Assembly: GCA_902796525.1 (NCBI GenBank)
Contig: CADBPB010000225.1
Coordinates: forward strand, 1-28,386
DNA length: 28,386 nt
Direction of reading: 5' to 3'
Source of the DNA: an uncultured Erysipelotrichaceae bacterium
GTDB lineage: Bacteria > Bacillota_I > Bacilli_A > Erysipelotrichales > Erysipelotrichaceae
Shown: one piece after another, positions 17,400 through 24,881 of the stretch
How the letters are laid out: every line of letters begins with the position of its first letter
Position numbering within the stretch: position 1 is the first letter of the stretch
Position numbers and translations under genes: made by a program
The notes under the pieces: generated by a model
Seen by the model: only the letters and a program-made list of their open reading frames with translations
Databases searched by the model: none
What the model was told of the DNA's origin: nothing

Positions 17400-18248
17400 C
17401 TATTTCAGCAAAGCCAGAATGGCTTCTTTATTGTTTTCCATATCCGCATATCCCAGATCATACAAAGCTTCCAGGTCCTCTTTGGAACCGCCGAGTCTGG
17501 TCACCTTGGAATGTTTCGAAGGATAGACATAGACCGCTTTGTTTTCTTTCTGCAATCCCTTGATGATATCGATCTGTTTCTGATAGTTCAGATGACGGAT
17601 CTTGTAGTCATAAGAGATGTTCTCGCACTGGGGATACGTACGTTTCATCAGCTTGACGACGATCTCTTTTGCAGGTTTCCGGACATAGTCCCCCGGTTTA
17701 GTGGTGATGATCAGATAGCGGTCGCAGTCATCGCTGATCGCTTCTTCGATCGGAATCATATCCGTGATCCCGCCATCCAGAAGGTGCTTTCCTTGGCTTT
17801 CAAAGACCTTGCCCAGGATAGGCAGCGAAGTCGAAGCCTTCAGCTCCTGCATCGTGATCTCCTGTATCGGAAGGTATTCGGTCTTTCCCTCTTCCAGGAC
17901 ATAGACACCGATCTTGGCATTGGTTTTGATATCTTTCAAGGGAGAAATATCATAGTTCAATTCCTTTGTCATGATGACATCGAAAAGGAATTCATAATCG
18001 ACGATATGACCGCATCTCAGCAGCGGCTTCAAGCCGACGATGCGTTTGTCGGTGATTCCATCGGTGGAAAAGTACTTCAGATTCTCTTTGGAACCCAGCA
18101 GGTAGGTCGAAAGATAGACCGCTCCCGTAGAGATGCCGTAGGCATTATCAAAAACGATTCCATTATCGATCAGCCATGACAAGGCTCCGGCGGTATATGC
18201 GCCACGCAGTCCTCCGCCTTCCAATACCAGTGCTGTTTTCTTTTTCAT
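17400..18248 (-). CDS. Patatin-family phospholipase/esterase
   Basis: LEGGGLRG, GISTG (GxSxG), DGG. Confidence 0.93.
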   Translation of the reverse strand: MKKKTALVLEGGGLRGAYTAGALSWLIDNGIVFDNAYGISTGAVYLSTYLLGSKENLKYFSTDGITDKRIVGLKPLLRCGHIVDYEFLFDVIMTKELNYDISPLKDIKTNAKIGVYVLEEGKTEYLPIQEITMQELKASTSLPILGKVFESQGKHLLDGGITDMIPIEEAISDDCDRYLIITTKPGDYVRKPAKEIVVKLMKRTYPQCENISYDYKIRHLNYQKQIDIIKGLQKENKAVYVYPSKHSKVTRLGGSKEDLEALYDLGYADMENNKEAILALLK

Positions 18249-18254
18249 GTCTAT

Positions 18255-18283
18255 ATTCTATTCCTTAATATGCAGTGATTCAA
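18255..18283 (-). promoter_or_regulatory. Sigma-A-type promoter directly abutting the patatin start (leaderless)
   Basis: TTGAAT - 17 nt - TAGAAT - 6 nt - ATG. Confidence 0.75.
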
Positions 18284-18287
18284 TCAT

Positions 18288-19127
18288 CTAATCGGCGATG
18301 ATGATGGCGATCATGACCAGGATGCATCCGAAGATCTCCTTGACCGTCATCGTCTGATGCAGCAGCAGCCAGCCGAATATGGCGGCAAATACGGATTCGA
18401 AGCTCATCAGCAGGGATGCCACACCCGGATCGAGATCTTTCTGGTAGACCGTCTGTACCGTCATGGCAAAAGCTCCCGCGATAAACACGATATACAGGAT
18501 GGACAGCCAAGAGACAGGAGACAGTGCCGGAAAGGGCCTTTCATAAAGCAGTGCGACAAAAGCCGACAATACGGCCATCGTCGTCTGACTTACCAGACTT
18601 AAGACGAGTCCGTCGCTGTGTTCCACGAATTCATCGATCATGATGATCTGAACCGCAAAGCAGGCGGCGCAAAGCAGCAGGTAGATATCTCCGATACTGA
18701 AACGGAAGCTTTCCGTGACGCACAGGAAATACAAGCCGGCCACAGCGATCAGGACCGCGAGAACCATCTTGCGGGAGATCTTCTTTCCCCGCAGCAGCTG
18801 GATAAGGGGTACGAACACGATATAAAGGACTGTCAGGAATCCCGCTTTGGCGACCCCGGACAGTTCGATGCCTTTCTGCTGAAGCGCGCAGCCGATAAAG
18901 GCGCAGACGCCGATGAGCAGTCCCTGCAAGACCGCTTTTCCGGTAAACCGGCGCTTCAGGATGATGATCAGAGGAAAGATAAAAATACCGCCGATGCCTT
19001 TAAAGAAAACGATCGAATACGTTCCCAGATCGGCGGAAGATACGCTCTGAATGCTGTAGCCAAGGCCCCATATCATGGTGGCAAGCATCAGCATGAATGA
19101 GGCGAACAGTTCTTTACGACGCTTCAT
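18288..19127 (-). CDS. EamA/DMT family transporter
   Basis: Two EamA repeats (MIWG..., GDIYLL, ASLLMSFESVFAAIFG), about 10 TM. Confidence 0.92.
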   Translation of the reverse strand: MKRRKELFASFMLMLATMIWGLGYSIQSVSSADLGTYSIVFFKGIGGIFIFPLIIILKRRFTGKAVLQGLLIGVCAFIGCALQQKGIELSGVAKAGFLTVLYIVFVPLIQLLRGKKISRKMVLAVLIAVAGLYFLCVTESFRFSIGDIYLLLCAACFAVQIIMIDEFVEHSDGLVLSLVSQTTMAVLSAFVALLYERPFPALSPVSWLSILYIVFIAGAFAMTVQTVYQKDLDPGVASLLMSFESVFAAIFGWLLLHQTMTVKEIFGCILVMIAIIIAD

Positions 19128-19131
19128 AGGT

Positions 19132-19158
19132 AAAAAAGATAGCCTGAGCTATCTTTTT
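19132..19158 (-). terminator. Intrinsic terminator after the GlsB/YeaQ gene
   Basis: AAAAAGATAGC-CTGA-GCTATCTTTTT hairpin with U-tract. Confidence 0.75.
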
Positions 19159-19393
19159 ATTTCTTGATCATACGATACAGGGTCACGACGATGCATGAAC
19201 CGACAACCGAGGAGATCAGATATCCTAAGGTGCTGCTTGCGGTGAAACCGATCAAGCCGAAGACCAATCCGCCGACGAAACCGCCGACGACGCCTAACAG
19301 TACATAGACATACCAGGGTCCGCTTGCCTTCATGATCAGGCTTGCGACATATCCGATCAGACCGCTTGTTACTAAACTGATAATCAGATCCAT
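19157..19393 (-). CDS. GlsB/YeaQ/YmgE family (transglycosylase-associated) membrane protein
   Basis: GLIGYVAS.IM, GVVGGFVGG, ISSVVGSCIVV; GGAGG SD and TATAAT upstream. Confidence 0.88.
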   Translation of the reverse strand: MDLIISLVTSGLIGYVASLIMKASGPWYVYVLLGVVGGFVGGLVFGLIGFTASSTLGYLISSVVGSCIVVTLYRMIKK

Positions 19394-19443
19394 AATGTTA
19401 CCTCCAATTTACATAAATAGATTATATAACACTTTGTTTCACA

Positions 19444-20271
19444 TTAAAAGGCAGAAGCGACAACAGCGATATACAGACCCAGCAGGAAGGTCAGGCCGTT
19501 GGCAATCAGGGTATAGAAGAAAGTTTTGAGCTTCCTGTGCCGCCTGAAATTGATCAGATAGACCGCCAGTTCGATGATGAAGACCGCCAGTTCCATCGCC
19601 GGATAGACAAAGAGCCAGACCAGCAGTCCGGAATAATAGTCCAGAAGGAGCATGATCCCGTTCAGCAGGATCTGCGTCAGGATATTCGCAAAGACGATCA
19701 GTCTGATCTCCTGTTTCGTACGGTAGCCGAACAGCCATGCCAGGAAGAGCTCGACCAGAACGGTTGCGACCATGCGGATCAGGAAAGCTGCCACATGACG
19801 GGTCAGATGATAATCCTCGACGACAGTCAGTTCAGAACCGCTCAGATCGATTTCATAGTAGCTGTCGAAAGCCTCCCGTTCGATGACATCGCTGACACGC
19901 AGCGTGCCTTCTATACCGTCATAGACAGCGATACAGAAGGAAGACGGAGGGTAATAACCCCAATGGAATTCGTTGTCATCCGAGCACTCTTGGACAAAGT
20001 CGCATACGTATAAGCCGGTCGTCTGAGCATACTCGAAAAACGCGACATAGGCAGGACGTACATCGCTTGGCTGACCGTCGATAAATTCAGATGTGACAGA
20101 ACTCCAGGGACCGAAAAATTCTTCCGTGCCAAGCAGTGTCACATAATACGGATGATCCGGAGCATTCTTGAAAGTGACCGTCACCGAAGGTTTCGGACCC
20201 ACATCGGCACGGACCGGACGGCAAGTCAGTACAAGAAGCAGAACAGTAAATAGAAGAAATATTTTTTTCAT
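19444..20271 (-). CDS. Hypothetical membrane protein: signal peptide, extracellular domain, 4 C-terminal TM helices
   Basis: Start moved to MKKIFLL at 20271 (ATGA overlap with DUF1146 stop); signal peptide ending VRA/D. Confidence 0.8.
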   Translation of the reverse strand: MKKIFLLFTVLLLVLTCRPVRADVGPKPSVTVTFKNAPDHPYYVTLLGTEEFFGPWSSVTSEFIDGQPSDVRPAYVAFFEYAQTTGLYVCDFVQECSDDNEFHWGYYPPSSFCIAVYDGIEGTLRVSDVIEREAFDSYYEIDLSGSELTVVEDYHLTRHVAAFLIRMVATVLVELFLAWLFGYRTKQEIRLIVFANILTQILLNGIMLLLDYYSGLLVWLFVYPAMELAVFIIELAVYLINFRRHRKLKTFFYTLIANGLTFLLGLYIAVVASAF

Positions 20272-20471
20272 GACTGGAACCGATAGATGATCGCCATCAA
20301 GAAGCTTCCCATCAGATAAGCCAGGGAGCAGGCAATGATATAGTACAAAACCTGAGCAGGCAGGATTTTGCCTTGCTTCAGGAAACGGTTGAAATCCAAA
20401 GCGCTCAAACCGTAAAGACTCAGGATGAAACAAATCAGATAGATCAGTGTTCTCAGATAGAAATCAAGCAT
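20268..20471 (-). CDS. DUF1146 (YwzB-like) family protein
   Basis: ALDFNRFLKQGK..AQVL...SLAYLMGSFL; start moved to 20471. Confidence 0.8.
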   Translation of the reverse strand: MLDFYLRTLIYLICFILSLYGLSALDFNRFLKQGKILPAQVLYYIIACSLAYLMGSFLMAIIYRFQS

Positions 20472-21603
20472 GGACGGATCCTCCCTTGATATAGACGTCT
20501 CTGATATCGAGATCGTCATCCATGATCACAAGATCCGCATACTTCCCTTTTTCCAGCGTGCCGAAGCGCTGATCCAGGCCATAGAAGCGGAACGCATTCA
20601 GACTGGAATACAGCAGAAGATCCGTATACTTCGCTCCCAGTCTGTACAGGACTTTCATCTCGTCGTTGATGGAAACGACGCTTCCGGCAAAATGTCCGTC
20701 ATCGGTAATGAAAGTCGTTCCTTTCTTGAAACACTTCTTGGACATGAAATCATACTCGCCATCAGGAAGATCGCGAGCCATGCTGGAATCCGTCACCAGC
20801 ATGATCCGGTTCCTGTCGATATTGTTCAGAACCAGCTTCAGGACATTTTCCTTGACATGATTGCCGTCCGCGATCAGTTCCACATTCCACCTGTTCATGA
20901 ACGCGCAGTTGACCAAAGTGATATCCCGATGATGCAGACCGCGCATGGCATTGAACAGATGCGTGAAGCCATCCACGTTTTCATCAAGGTCTTCGTAGAC
21001 TGCATCGCTGTGTCCGCACATGACCCTGATCCCATGATCATGCAGAAGCCGGCCGATCTCTTTAGCCCCTGCCAGTTCATAGGCAATCGTCATCTGCCGG
21101 ATCCTGGAACTGATCGATAGAAACTCTTCGACCAGATGGATATCGGGTTTCAGGAAACTGTGTCCGTCGCCAACGCCGATATGCTTCATGCTCATGAACG
21201 GTCCTTCCAGATGGAAACCTTCGAAACGTGCGCTGCTTCCCTGTTCTTCTTCGAAGCGGGACAGCTGCCTCTTGAAGTCTTCCGGACGAAGATCGTAGGA
21301 CAAAGAGGCCAGGAAACTCGTCGTACCCTCCAAGGCAAAATCATGAGAGATCTTATTCATATCTTCCTGATCGGCATCATCAAAACTCATGCCGGCGATC
21401 CCATGCGTATGGGTATCGAAAAACCCGGGCATGACCAGAAGTCCTTGAAGATCTCTTTCTTCGACATCTTCGATCACAGGAAGACGGCTGCTTTGCGGGT
21501 AGACGTCGCTGATCGTTTCTCCATCGATCAGCATCGCCCCATCGATGAACTCGCGGTTTCCGTCGATGATCAGATGCGCATGTTTCAGCAGAAGCTTCAT
21601 CAC
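20464..21603 (-). CDS. nagA: N-acetylglucosamine-6-phosphate deacetylase
   Basis: PGFFDTHTHG, GFHLEGPF, GHS, THLFNAM, IADGNH, VTDS, FAGS. Confidence 0.9.
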   Translation of the reverse strand: MMKLLLKHAHLIIDGNREFIDGAMLIDGETISDVYPQSSRLPVIEDVEERDLQGLLVMPGFFDTHTHGIAGMSFDDADQEDMNKISHDFALEGTTSFLASLSYDLRPEDFKRQLSRFEEEQGSSARFEGFHLEGPFMSMKHIGVGDGHSFLKPDIHLVEEFLSISSRIRQMTIAYELAGAKEIGRLLHDHGIRVMCGHSDAVYEDLDENVDGFTHLFNAMRGLHHRDITLVNCAFMNRWNVELIADGNHVKENVLKLVLNNIDRNRIMLVTDSSMARDLPDGEYDFMSKKCFKKGTTFITDDGHFAGSVVSINDEMKVLYRLGAKYTDLLLYSSLNAFRFYGLDQRFGTLEKGKYADLVIMDDDLDIRDVYIKGGSVHA

Positions 21604-23216
21604 TTCGCTCCCAAAGCGTTGATCAGGTTCGGAAGCAGCTGCTTCTTGCGCGATACCAGCCCTTCTACGAAACCGTCCTTGTTGATATTGAACACTTCCC
21701 GTACGACGCGTCTTCTTGCTCCGGCAGAAAGGACATAAGATCCCGAACCGTTCGGATTCGTCAGCATGATCGCCATAAGATCATAGCCTCCCGACTTGCA
21801 GGAATCTTCCATGTAACGGCCGAGATCGTTCTTCAATGCGTCATATTCTTCTTTGGAACGGCATACCGCCTGCGAAAGGCCTACCTTGTTGCCTTCGATG
21901 TTGAATTCCTTGAAATCGTTGTAGACGATCTCGATATGCCGCTTGTTCAGCAGAGATTCGCTGTGTTCGATCATGCCCTTCGACAATTCACCGGCTGTCA
22001 CGCCGCAGATCTTTTCCAGCTTCTGGGCCGTTTCAATATCCAGGGAAGTCGTGGTCGGCGATTTGAAATTCATCGTATCCGATACGATCGCTCCCAGCAG
22101 GATGCCGGCCAGATTTTTATTCAGTTTCTTCCCGTCATCGAAAAACTTGTTTGCAATGATGGTTGCTGTAGCGCCCACCGGCATCGTCGTGATCGTGATC
22201 GGATTATCGGACTCGAAACCGCCGAAACGATGATGGTCTACGATCTCGTTAACGATGCCTTCATCGATATCGTCGATCGCCTGTTTCTTTTCATTATGGT
22301 CGACCAGAATGAACTGTTTCCTTTGATAGTTGAACAGATGGTAGCGCGAGATCGCTCCCACGACTTTTCCTTCGTTGTCCAATACCGGATAGGATCTGTG
22401 ACGGGATTTGGTGATCTTCTTGCTGGCTTCATCGACGGTATCGTTGATGTTGAAATAATCGATCTTTTCGGTCGGAATCATGATATGTTCGATGGTCGGG
22501 GTCTGATAGATCAGACGGGTAATGAACAGCGGCGTGAGTTCCGTGGTAACGATCGTCGCTTCTGCATCTCTGGCCATCGACAGGATCTGCCGGGAGATCG
22601 GCGAAGAGGTGCATACCACCAGCATCGTCGCCCCCAGTTCCAGACAGTACTGCAGCTTGTCGTCTTCGTTTCTCAGCAGGACGATACTGTCATCTTCGAC
22701 ATTGGATTTCAGGCTCGGGAACATATGCATCTTGCCGGAAAGCTTATGCGTGCCTCTAAGCACCAGAGTGCCATTCAGCGTCTTGACGATATCATCGATC
22801 TCGATCGTCTTGATGATCGAGGCAAGTTCTTCGTCCGTCTTGGTCCACATATAGGTAAGATCATCCAGAGTGACGATGCCTTCCAGATGCTTCTTCTTGT
22901 TGACGACGGTCAGGCCTCTGTTTTTCAGTTTGATGACTTTATCCAGGGCTTCTTTCATCGTCATCTCTTTATATGCAAGGGATGCCTTATCCATCTCGAT
23001 CTCTTTAAGAATCGACTTTGCCGTATAGAGACGCTCCGGATCATCGAAACCGAAACGCTCAAGAAGATATTCCGTTTCCGCGCTGACGGAACCCACGCGG
23101 GAAGCAACGGCATTGACGCCGAAGAGCTTTTTATATTCGGCATAAGCGATCGCCGATACGATAGCGTCCGTATCGGGGTTCTTGTGTCCTACGACATATA
23201 CGGGTTGTTTCTTCAT
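21600..23216 (-). CDS. ppaC: Mn-dependent family II inorganic pyrophosphatase with CBS and DRTGG insert (CBS-PPase)
   Basis: GHKNPDTD, VDH, DHH, SDT, SRKKQ motifs; central CBS pair with DRTGG-like domain. Confidence 0.92.
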   Translation of the reverse strand: MKKQPVYVVGHKNPDTDAIVSAIAYAEYKKLFGVNAVASRVGSVSAETEYLLERFGFDDPERLYTAKSILKEIEMDKASLAYKEMTMKEALDKVIKLKNRGLTVVNKKKHLEGIVTLDDLTYMWTKTDEELASIIKTIEIDDIVKTLNGTLVLRGTHKLSGKMHMFPSLKSNVEDDSIVLLRNEDDKLQYCLELGATMLVVCTSSPISRQILSMARDAEATIVTTELTPLFITRLIYQTPTIEHIMIPTEKIDYFNINDTVDEASKKITKSRHRSYPVLDNEGKVVGAISRYHLFNYQRKQFILVDHNEKKQAIDDIDEGIVNEIVDHHRFGGFESDNPITITTMPVGATATIIANKFFDDGKKLNKNLAGILLGAIVSDTMNFKSPTTTSLDIETAQKLEKICGVTAGELSKGMIEHSESLLNKRHIEIVYNDFKEFNIEGNKVGLSQAVCRSKEEYDALKNDLGRYMEDSCKSGGYDLMAIMLTNPNGSGSYVLSAGARRRVVREVFNINKDGFVEGLVSRKKQLLPNLINALGAK

Positions 23217-23818
23217 TGCAATACCTCCATGATTTCACTGATACCGAGCTTTCCTTCTCTGAGTATCTTCAATTCATCGTTACTGACGTCGATGATGGTA
23301 CTGGCCGTATCAGCCAGAGCGTCTTCGCAGACGATCCCATCGATCTTTCCTTCGAAACAGTCATACACATCTTTCCATCGGCGAAGCGATGTCTCTCCGC
23401 TGAGATTGGCGCTGGTCACCATCAGAGGCTTTCCGATCGAAGCGATCAGATCCAGGATGAAAGGATCATCCGGAACGCGGATGCCGATCGTAGGAAAACC
23501 GTTCGTCACATAATCTGGCAATCCTTCCTTCTTCCGGAAAACGACTGTCAACGCGCCGGGAGTAAAACGTTCGATGATCTTTCGGGCATCTTCATTTACT
23601 TCCGCATATTCTTCGATCATAGACAGACCGTCGCACATCATCGGCAAGGGTTTATTGAAGCTTCTTCCTTTGGCTTTGTAGATCTTTGCCATGGCTTTTT
23701 CATCCATCATGCAGCCCAGACCGAAAACGGTATCCGTGGGAAAAGCCAAAATCCCCCCTGCAATCAATATCTTGATTATTGTATCTTTATCCATCTTTGA
23801 TAACCGGATGGTTTTCAT
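23213..23818 (-). CDS. tsaC: L-threonylcarbamoyladenylate synthase (YrdC/TsaC-type, single domain)
   Basis: AFPTDTVFGL, KAKGR..NKPL, PGALT, GIRVP, TSANLSG, STII. Start moved to 23818. Confidence 0.92.
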   Translation of the reverse strand: MKTIRLSKMDKDTIIKILIAGGILAFPTDTVFGLGCMMDEKAMAKIYKAKGRSFNKPLPMMCDGLSMIEEYAEVNEDARKIIERFTPGALTVVFRKKEGLPDYVTNGFPTIGIRVPDDPFILDLIASIGKPLMVTSANLSGETSLRRWKDVYDCFEGKIDGIVCEDALADTASTIIDVSNDELKILREGKLGISEIMEVLQ

Positions 23819-23830
23819 GTGTTTATTATA
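23819..23830 (-). promoter_or_regulatory. -10 box 6 nt before tsaC ATG (leaderless)
   Basis: TATAAT-AAACAC-ATG; no SD. Confidence 0.65.
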
Positions 23831-23849
23831 TCGTAAATAAGAAAGAAAC

Positions 23850-23879
23850 AAAAATGTCCGTCAAACGGAACGGACATTT
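23850..23879 (-). terminator. Intrinsic terminator ending the right-hand minus-strand cluster
   Basis: AAATGTCCGT / ACGGACATTT 10-bp stem followed by U-tract on the minus strand. Confidence 0.8.
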
Positions 23880-23884
23880 CTCTT

Positions 23885-24172
23885 TCACCGATCATCTCCG
23901 ATTTCGATCCTGACATGGATGGGATCACCGTTTTTCTTGCCCAGTTTCTGTCGGATCGCTTTCAAGACACCGATCACGTAGCAGATCGATCCATCTTCAT
24001 TTCTCAGCCCCATATTGACGATGCTGCCATCATATGGGATCCCATCAAAAAAGGCGCGAACCTTCGTCCGGCCTTTTCCCGTTTCCAGACGCAAGTCCCA
24101 AGGAAAAACGACATAGGCACCGCCATCGTCCTGATTCTCGATCAGAATCGTATCATACTCATATTTCTTCAT
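23885..24172 (-). CDS. DUF1905 domain-containing protein
   Basis: GGAYVVFP, GKGRTKVRAFFDG.PY.GS..NMG, GVLKAIRQKLGK..GD. Confidence 0.88.
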   Translation of the reverse strand: MKKYEYDTILIENQDDGGAYVVFPWDLRLETGKGRTKVRAFFDGIPYDGSIVNMGLRNEDGSICYVIGVLKAIRQKLGKKNGDPIHVRIEIGDDR

Positions 24173-24509
24173 CGCCTCGTATCACTTTATCGATCGGCTT
24201 CCCTTTCGCAAGTTCATCCACAAGCTTATCCAACTGCCTGACTTTTTTCATCACAGGATCTTTGATTTCTTCGACCCGGACACCGCAGATCGTGCCTTTG
24301 ATCAAATCTGCTTTGTCGTTCCAGCAAGGAGCCGATCCGATGAATTCTCCATAAGTCAGATCCTGGATCATTGCAATATCCCGATACCCGGTCAGCCAGA
24401 AGATCAGCTGATCCAGTTCATCTTTCGTTCTCCCCTTCCGTTCTACTTTCTGCAGCAGCAATGCGTATATTTTCGCTACCGTCATATCAAGGATGTTTTG
24501 TCTTGCCAT
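24159..24509 (-). CDS. DUF2200 domain-containing protein
   Basis: VERKGRTKDELDQLIFWLTGY, GTICGVRVEEI.DP.MKK.RQLDKLVDELAKG. Confidence 0.92.
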   Translation of the reverse strand: MARQNILDMTVAKIYALLLQKVERKGRTKDELDQLIFWLTGYRDIAMIQDLTYGEFIGSAPCWNDKADLIKGTICGVRVEEIKDPVMKKVRQLDKLVDELAKGKPIDKVIRGDEEI

Positions 24510-24536
24510 GTTTCTTTCTCTTGATTCATTCCATCA

Positions 24537-24872
24537 TTAAAGAATCGCGATCACCGCCATCAGCATCCTTCGATCGAGATGCCCGTCAATCACGTATGCC
24601 CATGTCCCGTTCGCGTGATTGATCCGATCTCCATCGATCCTGTAGATCCAGCGTCCGCTGCTGTCAGATACATACGTGCCATCGAAGCGGTACAGCCACT
24701 GCCCGTTCGCATAGTTGATCCGATCTCCATCGATCCGGTACTGCCATCGGCCATTGGCATCGCTCACATAATCCCCGTCCAGTCTGTACAGCCATCTTCC
24801 ATAGGCATCGTTGATCCTGTTTCCATCGACCTGCAGGTACCATGTCCCATCGCTTCGGTTGATTCTTGTCAT
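24537..24872 (-). CDS. Small beta-hairpin repeat protein (six 16-aa repeats + C-terminal helix)
   Basis: AGGAGG SD; repeats of DGx(R/Y)(I/V)xxxxGxWxYx(I/L/F). Confidence 0.85.
   Translation of the reverse strand: MTRINRSDGTWYLQVDGNRINDAYGRWLYRLDGDYVSDANGRWQYRIDGDRINYANGQWLYRFDGTYVSDSSGRWIYRIDGDRINHANGTWAYVIDGHLDRRMLMAVIAIL
24588..24872 (-). repeat. 48-nt / 96-nt coding tandem repeat
   Basis: Identical 22-mer TTGATCCGATCTCCATCGATCC at 24619 and 24715 (96-nt spacing); protein units alternate A/B. Confidence 0.85.
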
Positions 24873-24881
24873 ATGTACCTC

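Noticed and set aside
21936-23513. 525-aa plus-strand ORF, and many other long antisense ORFs (e.g. 13195-14196, 24579-25460, 5892-6599, 7338-8027)
   Set aside because: They lie opposite clearly recognisable genes, have no motifs or SDs, and are typical shadow ORFs produced by codon bias.
24588-24872. Regular repeats as a possible CRISPR array
   Set aside because: The repeats are in-frame, degenerate at the DNA level, conserved at the protein level, have no unique spacers, and no cas genes are present.
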